64,000 nt of DNA, taken from Thermoplasmatota archaeon (GTDB lineage Archaea > Thermoplasmatota > Thermoplasmata > UBA10834). How positions within the stretch are numbered: position 1 is the stretch's first letter; each line of letters opens with the position of its first letter. Positions 1-8,937 of this stretch are shown here, one piece after another. The notes beneath the pieces were generated by a model. It saw only the letters and a program-made list of their open reading frames with translations, did no database searches and was not told the DNA's origin. The translations under genes and the position numbers were made by a program. The stretch covers positions 288,001 through 352,000 of the forward strand of contig JBFMHR010000001.1 of the NCBI GenBank assembly GCA_040751795.1. Reading direction: 5' to 3'.

Positions 1-602
1 CATCCGACCTCCGCGGCAAGGACACATGGAGGCACGCGGAGGCGGGCAGCGACCCGGTGGTGCTCTCCACCGCGAAGGGCACCGTGTTCTGGGTGCGCAG
101 GGACATGCCCGTCGAGAGGGTCGTGGAGGTGCTGCAGGCGTCGTTCTCGCCGGACGTGGTCATAGTCGAGGGGCTGAAGGGCAGCCCCTACCCGAAGGTG
201 GCCCTCGGCGACATCGAGCCCAGGAAGGGGACGGTGCTCTCCAACCCGTCGCTGAAGGAGCTCACGGCCTACGTCAGGAGGGAGGTCGACGTCGGGAGGG
301 CGCTGGCGTCGCTGCCCGGCCTGGACTGCAACAAGTGCGGCCTCGACTGCGCCGCGATGGCGAGGGCCGTCGCGGAGGGGAGGAAGGCGCTGGACGACTG
401 CAGGGAGCTGCCCTCCCGCGACGTCTCTATAACGGTCGGCGGGAAGAGGATCGCCGCGGGCACCTTCGTGTCCGAGATAGTCGACGACACGATAAGGGGG
501 ATGCTTGGGAGCCTCAAGGGCTACGAGCCCGGGAAGGACGTTGAAATCCGTCTCAGGGCTAAGAGAGGGGCGTCGAAAAAGCGCCCGGCCAAGGGGCGCT
601 GA
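1..602 (+). CDS. mobB: Molybdopterin-guanine dinucleotide biosynthesis protein B with Fe-S domain (5' partial)
   Basis: Frame open from window start: GKDTWRHAEAG, VIVEGLK, then LPGLDCNKCGLDC...C Fe-S motif typical of archaeal MobB. Confidence 0.8.
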   Translation, partial: SDLRGKDTWRHAEAGSDPVVLSTAKGTVFWVRRDMPVERVVEVLQASFSPDVVIVEGLKGSPYPKVALGDIEPRKGTVLSNPSLKELTAYVRREVDVGRALASLPGLDCNKCGLDCAAMARAVAEGRKALDDCRELPSRDVSITVGGKRIAAGTFVSEIVDDTIRGMLGSLKGYEPGKDVEIRLRAKRGASKKRPAKGR

Positions 603-714
603 AGGGGCTTCGAACGCCCGTCCGGCCGTTCTGCGCTAGGTTTATCAACACCGAAGATATCATGAGAGCCAGGCGCTCGCAGGGCCACGGGGGAGCGACA
701 GGCGAAGGCATCCG

Positions 715-1881
715 GTGACACTCATGCGGAACATCTCTGAGATCGAGAAGGACCTAGACGCGTGCCTACAGTGCGGGTACTGCAGGGACCCCTGCCCCGT
801 CTACAAGACCATAGGGTGGGAGTCAGCCACGCCGAGGGGGAAGGTCTACCAGCTGAAGCAGATCAAGAACAGGAGCCCGATAGACACCCTCTTCAGGAGG
901 AACGCGAAGGTCGACGACAAGTTCGTCGAGCGGATATTCCAGTGCACCTCCTGCGCCGCCTGCGAGCACAACTGCCACGTCGAGATCGACTTCGCCCACC
1001 TGTGGGAGGAGGTCAAGGAGTGGCTCATATCCCAGGGGTACCAGCCACCGGAGGCCCACAGGAAGATCAGGGAGAGGGTCGTCCAGAAGCGCAACCCCTA
1101 CGACGAGCCGAAGGAGAAGAGGCCGGCCTGGCTCCCGAAGGAGGTCAAGCTCTCGGAGGACCCGGAGGTGGTCTTCTTCACAGGCTGCACCGAGGCGTAC
1201 AGGATGACGCCCCTCGCGGTCGCCACGGCCAAGCTGCTCGACAAGGCGGGCGTGAAGTTCACGATCATGGGCGAGGAGGAGTGGTGCTGCGGCTCGCCCC
1301 TTCTCAGGACAGGGCAGAAGGCGCCCGTGAGGGACGAGCTTGCACCGCACAACGTCCGGGAGATGGAGCGCCACGGCTGGAAGACCATGGTCACGGCCTG
1401 CGCGGGCTGCTACAACACAATAAAGAACGACTACCCGAAGATGGTCGGGAAGCCCTCGTTCGAGCTCTACCACATAACCGAGTACCTGGACAGGCTCGTC
1501 AAGGACGGGCGGCTCAAGTTCACGAAGGAGTTCAAGAAGAAGATCGCCTACCACGACCCGTGCCACCTGGGGAGGCACGCGAAGGTCTACGACCCGCCGC
1601 GGGACATACTGAAGGCCATCCCGGGGGTGCAGGTCGTCGAGATGAGGCACGAGAGGGAGGACTCCCAGTGCTGCGGGGCGGGGGGCGGCTTCAAGAGCGC
1701 ATTCAACGACATGGCCGAGACCGTCGCCGCGGACCGCGTCCGCGAGGCGGTGGACGCCGGCGCGGAGCTGATAGTCACGTCGTGCCCGTTCTGCCAGGTG
1801 AACCTGATCGCGGGCGCGAAGAAGGCTGGCATCGACATCAAGACGATGGACGTCGTCCAGGTCGCGCTGCAGGCCGTCTAG
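715..1881 (+). CDS. HdrD/GlpC-like Fe-S oxidoreductase (2x4Fe-4S plus two CCG domains)
   Basis: CLQCGYCRDPCP, CTSCAACEHNC, WCCG, YHDPCHLGR, CCGAGGG, SCPFC. Confidence 0.85.
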   Translation: MTLMRNISEIEKDLDACLQCGYCRDPCPVYKTIGWESATPRGKVYQLKQIKNRSPIDTLFRRNAKVDDKFVERIFQCTSCAACEHNCHVEIDFAHLWEEVKEWLISQGYQPPEAHRKIRERVVQKRNPYDEPKEKRPAWLPKEVKLSEDPEVVFFTGCTEAYRMTPLAVATAKLLDKAGVKFTIMGEEEWCCGSPLLRTGQKAPVRDELAPHNVREMERHGWKTMVTACAGCYNTIKNDYPKMVGKPSFELYHITEYLDRLVKDGRLKFTKEFKKKIAYHDPCHLGRHAKVYDPPRDILKAIPGVQVVEMRHEREDSQCCGAGGGFKSAFNDMAETVAADRVREAVDAGAELIVTSCPFCQVNLIAGAKKAGIDIKTMDVVQVALQAV

Positions 1882-2554
1882 ACGCGAGGCGCCTCTGGAC
1901 GGCCTCGCCCCTGAGCTCCCTCAGCGCGTCGGCGGCGACCCACCTCGCGGCCTTCGAGTCCTTGCGGGAGATCCTCAAAGCGGTTGCCACGGCTGCCTTG
2001 TTCAGGCGGAGGTTCCTCTTGCCGACCTGCCTGAGCGCCCAGTTCACGGCCTTCCTGACGTACGGCCTCTCGTCGGTGGACTCCCGCGCCATGACCGGAA
2101 GCCATGCGAGGAACACGGAGTCGGGCGCCTCCTTGTCGTGCACTGCCAGGACCGCCATGAGGGCGAAGCCGGCCCTCTTGACGAACTCCTCGTCCCTGGC
2201 CGTCCACTCCAGGGCCTTGCCGTGTGCGAACCTGGTCCTGTCGAAGAGGTGTAGGCAGGTGCCGTCGCAGATCGCCCAGTTGTCGAAGTCCCCGGCCCAG
2301 CGCTCCATCTGCGCCTCCGTGACCTTGTCCGGCTCGTCGACGAGGACCGCCAGGTGCCTCGCCTCGTAGACGCCCGTCCTCCAGAGCGCGAGCGCAAGCC
2401 TGTGGTCCTTGCCGATCCTCCTGGCGAGGGCGACGAGGTCCGGGGTCCTCACGCCCAGAATGACCTTGGACCTGATGCCGTACCGCGCCATCCCGTCGAG
2501 GTCGCACGGCCTAGCGAGGCGCCTCAGCTCCGAAAGGGCCCCGTCGGCGTCCAT
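1838..2554 (-). CDS. DNA alkylation repair protein (AlkD-like)
   Basis: FDNWAICDGTC, FVKRAGF, DERPYVRKAVNWALRQVGKRN. Confidence 0.8.
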   Translation of the reverse strand: MDADGALSELRRLARPCDLDGMARYGIRSKVILGVRTPDLVALARRIGKDHRLALALWRTGVYEARHLAVLVDEPDKVTEAQMERWAGDFDNWAICDGTCLHLFDRTRFAHGKALEWTARDEEFVKRAGFALMAVLAVHDKEAPDSVFLAWLPVMARESTDERPYVRKAVNWALRQVGKRNLRLNKAAVATALRISRKDSKAARWVAADALRELRGEAVQRRLASRRPAARPGRRPSS

Positions 2555-2561
2555 GGGAGCC

Positions 2562-3080
2562 TCAGATGCCCGTCCACGGGACGCCCTTGTGGGCGCTCAT
2601 GACGATCTGCGTGTCGGTCTCCTTGACGCCGTCGATCTTGAGGAAGGTGTCTATGAACTCCTGCAGCTCGGTCATGCCGACGAACAGCGCGACCACGAGG
2701 AGGTCGTACTCGCCCGTGACCCTGTACACGGCGACGACCCTGTTGTGGTTGACGACGTGGTCCACGACCTTGTCGAGCTTGTCCGTGACGGTCTTGAGGT
2801 GGATGTAGGCCTTGACGGTGTTCTCTATGAGCCTGTAGTCTATGTGTATTGAGAACCGCATGATGATGCCGTTCTCGATGAGGTTCTTGATGCGCCGCCT
2901 GACCGTCGCCTCCGTGACGCCGAGCTTCTTGGCGATCTCGGAGTTGCTCATGCGGGCGTTCTCCCTCAGCTCGCAGAGTATGCGGATGTCCGTCCTGTCG
3001 ATGGGCAGGAGCTTGAGGTCTAGGCCCTTCCACCGGTCGAGTATCTCGCAAGGGAACTGGCTCTGCTGAGGCGTGTTCAT
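2562..3080 (-). CDS. Lrp/AsnC family transcriptional regulator
   Basis: IDRTDIRILCELRENARMSNSEIAKKLGVTEATVRRRIKNL HTH; YRVTGEYDLL RAM domain. Confidence 0.92.
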   Translation of the reverse strand: MNTPQQSQFPCEILDRWKGLDLKLLPIDRTDIRILCELRENARMSNSEIAKKLGVTEATVRRRIKNLIENGIIMRFSIHIDYRLIENTVKAYIHLKTVTDKLDKVVDHVVNHNRVVAVYRVTGEYDLLVVALFVGMTELQEFIDTFLKIDGVKETDTQIVMSAHKGVPWTGI

Positions 3081-3219
3081 GTCATCCCAGGGCCCTGTAG
3101 ATGCACGGGGTACTTCAATCTAACGGAATCCAATCAACAACGCGTCCGTTTGGTGCCTTTTTCGTACAACGCGCGGGCCGAATGCAACGAATGTTGCCAC
3201 GGGAATCGGCGAAAAACGG

Positions 3220-4002
3220 TCATCTCCCGTACCGGCGGACCCTCTGCTGGTAGGACCTCACCGCCCTCAGGAAGTCGATCTTCCTGAAGCCCGGCCAGTA
3301 CACGTCGGAGAAGTAGAGCTCCGAGTAGGCGAGCTGCCACAGGAGGAAGTTGGAGATCCGCTCCTCGCCGGAGGTCCTCAGTATTAGGTCGGGGTCTGGG
3401 AGGTCGGACGTGTAGAGGTAGTCCGCGACGACCTTCTGGGTTATGTCCTCGACGTCGAGGGAGCCGCCCTTGACGGCCTCGGCCAGCTTCTTGATCGCGT
3501 GGACGATCTCCTCGCGCCCCCCGTAGCCGACCGCGATGTTGAACGAGTAGGAATCGTACCCCTTGGTCCTCTCCTCGGCGTAGGCGATGGCCTCCTGGAC
3601 CTCGTCGGGGAGGAGGTCCTTCTGGCCGAGCACCCTCACGCGTATCTTGTGCCTGTGGACCCTCTCGTCGTCCCCCAGGCTCCTGAAGTTCTTCACGAAC
3701 ATGCCCATGAGGGTCTCGACCTCGTCCCTGCCCCTGCCGACGTTCTCCGTCGAGAACGCGTACACGGTCAGGACCCTTATCCCGAGCTCGAGGCACCACT
3801 CGAGCATCTCCTCGAGCTTCTGCTTCCCCTTCTCGTGCCCCTCCGAGACGACCAGGCCGAACTCGTTGGCGTACCGCCTGTTGCCGTCCATTATGACGGC
3901 CACGTGGTGCGGCACCGGCTGTGCCATGACCTCTTTGAGGAGCCGCTTCTCGTAGGTCTGGTAAGCGGTGCCGGATATGGCCTTCGATATCTCGCCAGTC
4001 AT
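3220..4002 (-). CDS. uppS: cis-Polyprenyl diphosphate synthase
   Basis: HVAVIMDGNRR, YAFSTEN, RTSGEERISNFLLWQ. Confidence 0.95.
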   Translation of the reverse strand: MTGEISKAISGTAYQTYEKRLLKEVMAQPVPHHVAVIMDGNRRYANEFGLVVSEGHEKGKQKLEEMLEWCLELGIRVLTVYAFSTENVGRGRDEVETLMGMFVKNFRSLGDDERVHRHKIRVRVLGQKDLLPDEVQEAIAYAEERTKGYDSYSFNIAVGYGGREEIVHAIKKLAEAVKGGSLDVEDITQKVVADYLYTSDLPDPDLILRTSGEERISNFLLWQLAYSELYFSDVYWPGFRKIDFLRAVRSYQQRVRRYGR

Positions 4003-4039
4003 GTCCAACCGAGCCTCTATGCGCGATTCGGATTTAAAA

Positions 4040-4996
4040 CTATACGTGCCGGAAGTCCTCGGGGAGGCCGGCGCTGTAGAGCCCCAGGTCGACGCAGCCT
4101 ATCGCGGCCACCGCCCCTATCGCCCCCCGCCTCCCCGTCACCTCGTGTATCGATATGCCCGACCTGGAGGCCGCGTGCTCCGCGTCGTGTATAGATAGTA
4201 TAGTGTCTTTGGCCTCCGCCCCGAACCGGACGGCCGTCGCGGGTATGTCCAGGCCCTCGTAGGAGGCCAAGACCGTCTCCCCGGAGAAGGTGTTCTCCGC
4301 GACGAACTTCCTCGCCCACTCGACCGCCCTCCCCGCCTCCTGCGGCAGGACCGCGAAGGCCACGGCCGTGGATGCGCAGTTGGTGGTCTTCTGGGGGGCG
4401 TTGGGGTTGAGCTGCACGATCTTGTGCGCCAGGAAGACCGCGTGGGGCATCTGCCTCCCCAGGTTGAGGCCCAGTACCCACGTCGCGCCCTTCTCCTTCG
4501 TGTCCGTGTCGTCTATGCCGATCACGAGCCTCCGGTGGAGGGGGGTGGTTATGCGGACCTCGACCTGCCTCGAGCCCCCGACCTCCTCGTCGCTGAGGAA
4601 CTCGGCCTTCTCTACCCCCTCTGCCTGGGGGAGGCACGCGCCCACGCCCACGCTCGCGCCCGCGATGCCCATCCAGGTGGTCTCGACCTTGTCGCCCTTG
4701 ACGATCAACGACCTCAGAGCCTGCCCGCCGGTCTCCTTCGACGCGGCCCCGAACCGGACCTCGCCCTCGCCGACCCTCGCGTCCATGTGCAGGGTGGTGC
4801 CCTGGACCTCGACGTGCTCCACGACGCCCCCGGCCCTCAGCCTGTTGACGGCGTCCCACTCCACGGGGCCCTGCGCGCAGCACTCCTCGAATACCCTGGC
4901 CCTGCCCGTCCGCTCGTCGACCATCGTTATGAGCCTCCTCGCGAAGAGGGGCCCGTGCCTCTGCCTCAGCTCGACAGGCGTGACGACCCTGGCCAT
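4040..4996 (-). CDS. Methanogenesis marker protein 11-like (DUF1743/TiaS N-terminal-like fold)
   Basis: GPVEWDAVNR, GIAGASVG, IGIDDTDTKEKGATW, QLNPNAPQKTTNC, GRRGAIGAVAA. Confidence 0.7.
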   Translation of the reverse strand: MARVVTPVELRQRHGPLFARRLITMVDERTGRARVFEECCAQGPVEWDAVNRLRAGGVVEHVEVQGTTLHMDARVGEGEVRFGAASKETGGQALRSLIVKGDKVETTWMGIAGASVGVGACLPQAEGVEKAEFLSDEEVGGSRQVEVRITTPLHRRLVIGIDDTDTKEKGATWVLGLNLGRQMPHAVFLAHKIVQLNPNAPQKTTNCASTAVAFAVLPQEAGRAVEWARKFVAENTFSGETVLASYEGLDIPATAVRFGAEAKDTILSIHDAEHAASRSGISIHEVTGRRGAIGAVAAIGCVDLGLYSAGLPEDFRHV

Positions 4997-5002
4997 CTCA
5001 CA

Positions 5003-5683
5003 TCAGACTTCCAGCACCTCGCCCGGCGCCATTATCCTGACCTTCGCCTTGGACTGCTTCTTGACGAGCCTCTCGAACTCCCTCGGGTCCTGCTCGATGG
5101 GGGGCCATGTGCTGTAGTGCATCGGGACGACCACCTTCGGGCCGATGAGCTTGGTCGCGAGCGCGGCCTGCGCCGGGTCCATGGTGTAGAACCCGCCTAT
5201 GGGGAGGAGTGCCACGTCCGGGCTGTGCATCTCGCCCACGAGCGCCATGTCGCCGAAGACGGCCGTGTCTCCGGCGTGGTAGACGACCTTGCCCGAGTCG
5301 ATGACCATCCCCGTCGCCATCGCCGCGGAGAACTCGAGCCCGGGGGCGCCGATGCTGGAGGAGTGGAACGCGGGGACCATCGACACCTTCGTGTCCTTGA
5401 TCTTGACCGTCCCTCCGATGTTGAACCCGGTCGCTTTGACCGAGCACTTCTCCAGGTAGAGCGACATCTCGACTATGCACGCGACCTCCGCCCCCGTCCT
5501 CCTGGCGATCGCGACGGCGTCGCCAAGGTGGTCGAAGTGCCCGTGCGTTATGCAGATTATGTCGCAGTCGACGTCCTCGGGCTTCGCGGCGGCCTTGGGG
5601 TTGCCCGTCAGGAACGGGTCGATCAGCACCTTGTCCTTCCCGTGCAGCAGGAACGCAGAGTGTCCGAGCCACTGTATCTTCAT
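5003..5683 (-). CDS. UPF0173 metal-dependent hydrolase (MBL fold)
   Basis: WLGHSAF, THGHFDH, YHAGDT, LPIGG, PMHY. Confidence 0.9.
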   Translation of the reverse strand: MKIQWLGHSAFLLHGKDKVLIDPFLTGNPKAAAKPEDVDCDIICITHGHFDHLGDAVAIARRTGAEVACIVEMSLYLEKCSVKATGFNIGGTVKIKDTKVSMVPAFHSSSIGAPGLEFSAAMATGMVIDSGKVVYHAGDTAVFGDMALVGEMHSPDVALLPIGGFYTMDPAQAALATKLIGPKVVVPMHYSTWPPIEQDPREFERLVKKQSKAKVRIMAPGEVLEV

Positions 5684-5739
5684 TCAGACCATCCCAGACT
5701 CATCAACGAGTCCGGGCTATTTGTTGGTTTTGAGCCGCC

Positions 5740-6615
5740 TCACTGGCCCGGCCTGTCGACGAACCGGGCCACCAGGTCGGGCATGCTCAGGGCCCGCAGG
5801 CCCTGGGACTCGTAGACGAGCCACTTGCCCTTGACCCCGACGAAGCGGCCCCTGTGGACGCCCTCAGTCCCCTGGAGGCGCGGGGCGCTCTGCAGCGGCT
5901 GGGCGAGCGGGTACCCGTCCAGGAACTCCAGTCCGCCGAAGGACACGCCCTCCCGGCCCTCCAGGAGAGACCCGAGGCGAGCGTGCTCCGCCTCGACTGC
6001 GGAGCGGTCCACGGGCCTCGACAGCATGTCGAGGATGTCCTGCTGCCTGTGCCACTGCGGCAACCCCGTCGAGCTGGATATCTCCGCCTCCGCGAGCCTC
6101 GCCGCCCTCCTGTTCGGGAACGTCCCGATGAACGCGAAGGCGTCCGCCCCCTGCTCGACCAGGCGCTCCCTGATCCGCCTCGAGGAGCTCATGCCGATCT
6201 TCGGGCGGTCCTGGTAGAATGCCAGGTAGAGCATGTGCTCCCGCCTGCAGAACTCGCTCGGTGCGCCCCCGCTCTTGGGGCTCAGGCACGAGGAGCCGTC
6301 GCACTTGGGGTCGAAGACGCACTCCTGGTCCCAGATGTAGGACTCGCCCGCGCAGGCCTCGCACTGCGAGTGGCCCTCGACGTGGACCTCGTTCGGGCAG
6401 GGGATGTGCCTCCCGCGCTCGAAGCGGCCCACGCACCTCCTCGCCCTGCCCACAGAGATGTCCGCACGGTCGACGGGCTCCTCGGTCTCCCTGTCATCCG
6501 TCTGGCCGCGCCACACGAGCCTCGGCTCGAAGCCCTTCCAGTAGAACTCGAGTACGTGCAGGGAGCGCCTCTGGTCGATCCCCTGTATGAGGATGTCGTC
6601 GGCCCTCTCGAACAT
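5740..6615 (-). CDS. DUF2797-like Cys-rich protein
   Basis: RRCVG..CP..QCEAC, C..EHMLYLA..KIGMS..RLVEQGAD, GVKG. Confidence 0.7.
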   Translation of the reverse strand: MFERADDILIQGIDQRRSLHVLEFYWKGFEPRLVWRGQTDDRETEEPVDRADISVGRARRCVGRFERGRHIPCPNEVHVEGHSQCEACAGESYIWDQECVFDPKCDGSSCLSPKSGGAPSEFCRREHMLYLAFYQDRPKIGMSSSRRIRERLVEQGADAFAFIGTFPNRRAARLAEAEISSSTGLPQWHRQQDILDMLSRPVDRSAVEAEHARLGSLLEGREGVSFGGLEFLDGYPLAQPLQSAPRLQGTEGVHRGRFVGVKGKWLVYESQGLRALSMPDLVARFVDRPGQ

Positions 6616-6678
6616 CTGCAGGTGCTTTGTCCCGCTAGATGATAATGATTTCCACGGGCAGGGCGGAACTGGGGCGGC

Positions 6679-7383
6679 CTACTTGTCCTCGCCTTCCTGC
6701 GGCTCCTCCCTCTCACGGGGCGGGGCCTGGGGCGGGAACTCCGACAGGTCGACCTCCATCCTCTTGAGGTACTGCGGCGGCACATCGGTGGTGAGGTAGA
6801 CCGTCTTCCCGGCCCTCTGGATGACGATGCCGTCCTCGGCCGCGGCCTTGGAGTCCACCTCGAGGATGATCGGTTCGGCGGTCCTGACCCGGCCCGCGTT
6901 GACGGCGTCGCCGACGGTCTTGCTGAGATGCACCTTCTTCCTGTCGGAGGGCTTGAGCCCGACCTCCAGGACGATGTCGACCTCCTCGGCGGTCGTCGGG
7001 TAGTAGAGTGTGTCCGGGGCACCGACCGTCTCCGTGTCGAGCTCTATCTCGAAGGAGTGCGCGTAGGTCGCCCTTATCATCCCGTCCCTGTGCTCGTACC
7101 TGCCCTTGTCGTCCGTCTCGATGATCGCGACTATGTGATGCGGGCGCAACCAGTGGTACCGCCTCTGCTTGCGGTGGAGCGCGTCCACGAACGCCTTGAG
7201 GTCGACGAAGCCGTGCCTGTCGACCCGGAGGTCGAACCTCTCCGGGAAGTGCCTCAGCACGCCTGCGAGGGTCCTGCTGAGCCTGTCCAGCTCCTCATCG
7301 TTCATCAGGAACCGGCCTTCGTCCCCGCAGACCGGGCAGAACTCGGCCCGGAAGTAGCCGTGGTTGACGCACTCCTTCAGCAT
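6679..7383 (-). CDS. kptA: RNA 2'-phosphotransferase (Tpt1/KptA) with N-terminal Zn ribbon
   Basis: LAGVLRHFP, DDKGRYE, IRATYAHS, RKKVHLS. Confidence 0.9.
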   Translation of the reverse strand: MLKECVNHGYFRAEFCPVCGDEGRFLMNDEELDRLSRTLAGVLRHFPERFDLRVDRHGFVDLKAFVDALHRKQRRYHWLRPHHIVAIIETDDKGRYEHRDGMIRATYAHSFEIELDTETVGAPDTLYYPTTAEEVDIVLEVGLKPSDRKKVHLSKTVGDAVNAGRVRTAEPIILEVDSKAAAEDGIVIQRAGKTVYLTTDVPPQYLKRMEVDLSEFPPQAPPREREEPQEGEDK

Positions 7384-7487
7384 GTGTACGACCTCTGAAT
7401 GCACTTCGAGAACGTGGTTTATGATTTAGCCTTTTTGCTGTCCTCGGGGGACACCGGGCACCGGACCGGCCAGTCGCCGCGTGCGGC

Positions 7488-7500
7488 GAAACCTTAACTA
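7488..7500 (+). promoter_or_regulatory. BRE/TATA-like promoter of the hdrA-fdh operon
   Basis: GAAACCTTAACTA; similar to GAAACCTTAAGTA before folD and AAAACCTTATAAG before acs. Confidence 0.55.
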
Positions 7501-7629
7501 CCGGTTCGCGTTACCGGTTCCAAAGGTTGCTGCGGAGGTTACAGGGGGCCTCTGGCAGCGCGACGGACCGGCCGTGTTACCGGTGGCATTGGCGTTCGCC
7601 GGCCACCAGGACCACATCCGCTAGCAGGG

Positions 7630-8937
7630 GTGAGCGCGGTGGAGAAGGTAGTCGTCATCGGAGGTGGCATCGCAGGGATACAGGCATCCCTGGACCTCGC
7701 GGACAGGGGGTTCGAGGTCCACCTCGTTGAGAGGAGCCCGTCCATAGGCGGCCACATGGCGCAGCTCGACAAGACCTTCCCCACGAACGACTGCTCCATG
7801 TGCATCCTGTCGCCCAAGATGATCATGTGCGCCGACCACACGAACATCAAGCTCCACACCTACTCCGAAGTCCAGGCGGTCACGGGGGACTTCCCGAGGT
7901 TCAAGGTCGCGATCAGGGAGAAGGCCCGCTTCGTCGATGTCAAGAGGTGCACCGGCTGCGGCGACTGCATAGCCAAGTGCCCCGTGAAGGTGCCGTGGGA
8001 GTTCGAGGAGGGGCTGGCCCAGAGGAAGGCCATATACCTCCCGTTCCCCCAGGCCGTCCCGAGGAAGGTCACGATTGATGGCGAGCGGTGCCGCATGATA
8101 CAGAGCAAGAAGTGCGGCGTGTGCAAGAAGGTCTGCCAGGCCGGGGCGATCGACTACGACCAGAAGGACTCGGTGGTGGAGGTCGAGGCCTCGGCGATAG
8201 TGGTGGCCGCGGGTTTCGAGCTCATGGACGCCACCGTGATGTCGCAGTATGGCCTCGGCGCGTGCAAGGACGTCGTCACCTCCCTGCAGCTCGAGAGGAT
8301 CCTGTCCGCGTCGGGCCCGACCGGGGGGCACCTCGCCAGGCCCTCGGACCACAAGGAGCCCAGGAAGCTAGCCTTCGTCCAGTGCGTAGGCTCCAGGGAC
8401 GCGCACTCCCACGGCTACTGCAGCAGCGTCTGCTGCATGTACGCGACGAAGGAGTCCATACTCGCCAGGGAGCACGCGCCGGGCCTCGAGACGGCCATAT
8501 TCTACATGGACATGAGGGCGACGGGCAAGGGCTTCCAGGAGTTCGTCTCCAGGGCGAGGCAGAACTACGGCGTAAGGTACATCAGGTCCAGGCCCGCCAG
8601 GGTGCAGTCCGCGGCGGACGGCACCGGGGTCCTCGTCAACTACGAGACCAGCGGCCTCACGGGAGAGTCCGTCACCGAGGAGTTCGACATGCTCGTGCTC
8701 TGCCCAGCGTTGATACCGCCGAAGGGTGCGAAGGAGCTCTCCGCCCTGCTGGGGGTCGCCCTCGACGAGGACGGGTTCATCGACACCCCCGACATCTCCA
8801 GGCCCGTGGACACCTCCAGGAAGGGGGTCCTCGCCTGCGGGTTCGTCAGCGGCCCCATAGACATCCCGGACTCGGTCTCTCAGGCGTCCGCCGCCGCGGC
8901 CAGGGCCGCGGAGCTCATCGAGGGGGGTGCGAAGTGA
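7630..8937 (+). CDS. hdrA: Heterodisulfide reductase A-like flavoprotein (FAD core plus inserted ferredoxin)
   Basis: VIGGGIAG, GGHMAQLDKTFPTNDCSMC, CTGCGDCIAKCP, QCVGSRD..YCSSVCC, FYMDMR. Confidence 0.92.
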   Translation: MSAVEKVVVIGGGIAGIQASLDLADRGFEVHLVERSPSIGGHMAQLDKTFPTNDCSMCILSPKMIMCADHTNIKLHTYSEVQAVTGDFPRFKVAIREKARFVDVKRCTGCGDCIAKCPVKVPWEFEEGLAQRKAIYLPFPQAVPRKVTIDGERCRMIQSKKCGVCKKVCQAGAIDYDQKDSVVEVEASAIVVAAGFELMDATVMSQYGLGACKDVVTSLQLERILSASGPTGGHLARPSDHKEPRKLAFVQCVGSRDAHSHGYCSSVCCMYATKESILAREHAPGLETAIFYMDMRATGKGFQEFVSRARQNYGVRYIRSRPARVQSAADGTGVLVNYETSGLTGESVTEEFDMLVLCPALIPPKGAKELSALLGVALDEDGFIDTPDISRPVDTSRKGVLACGFVSGPIDIPDSVSQASAAAARAAELIEGGAK

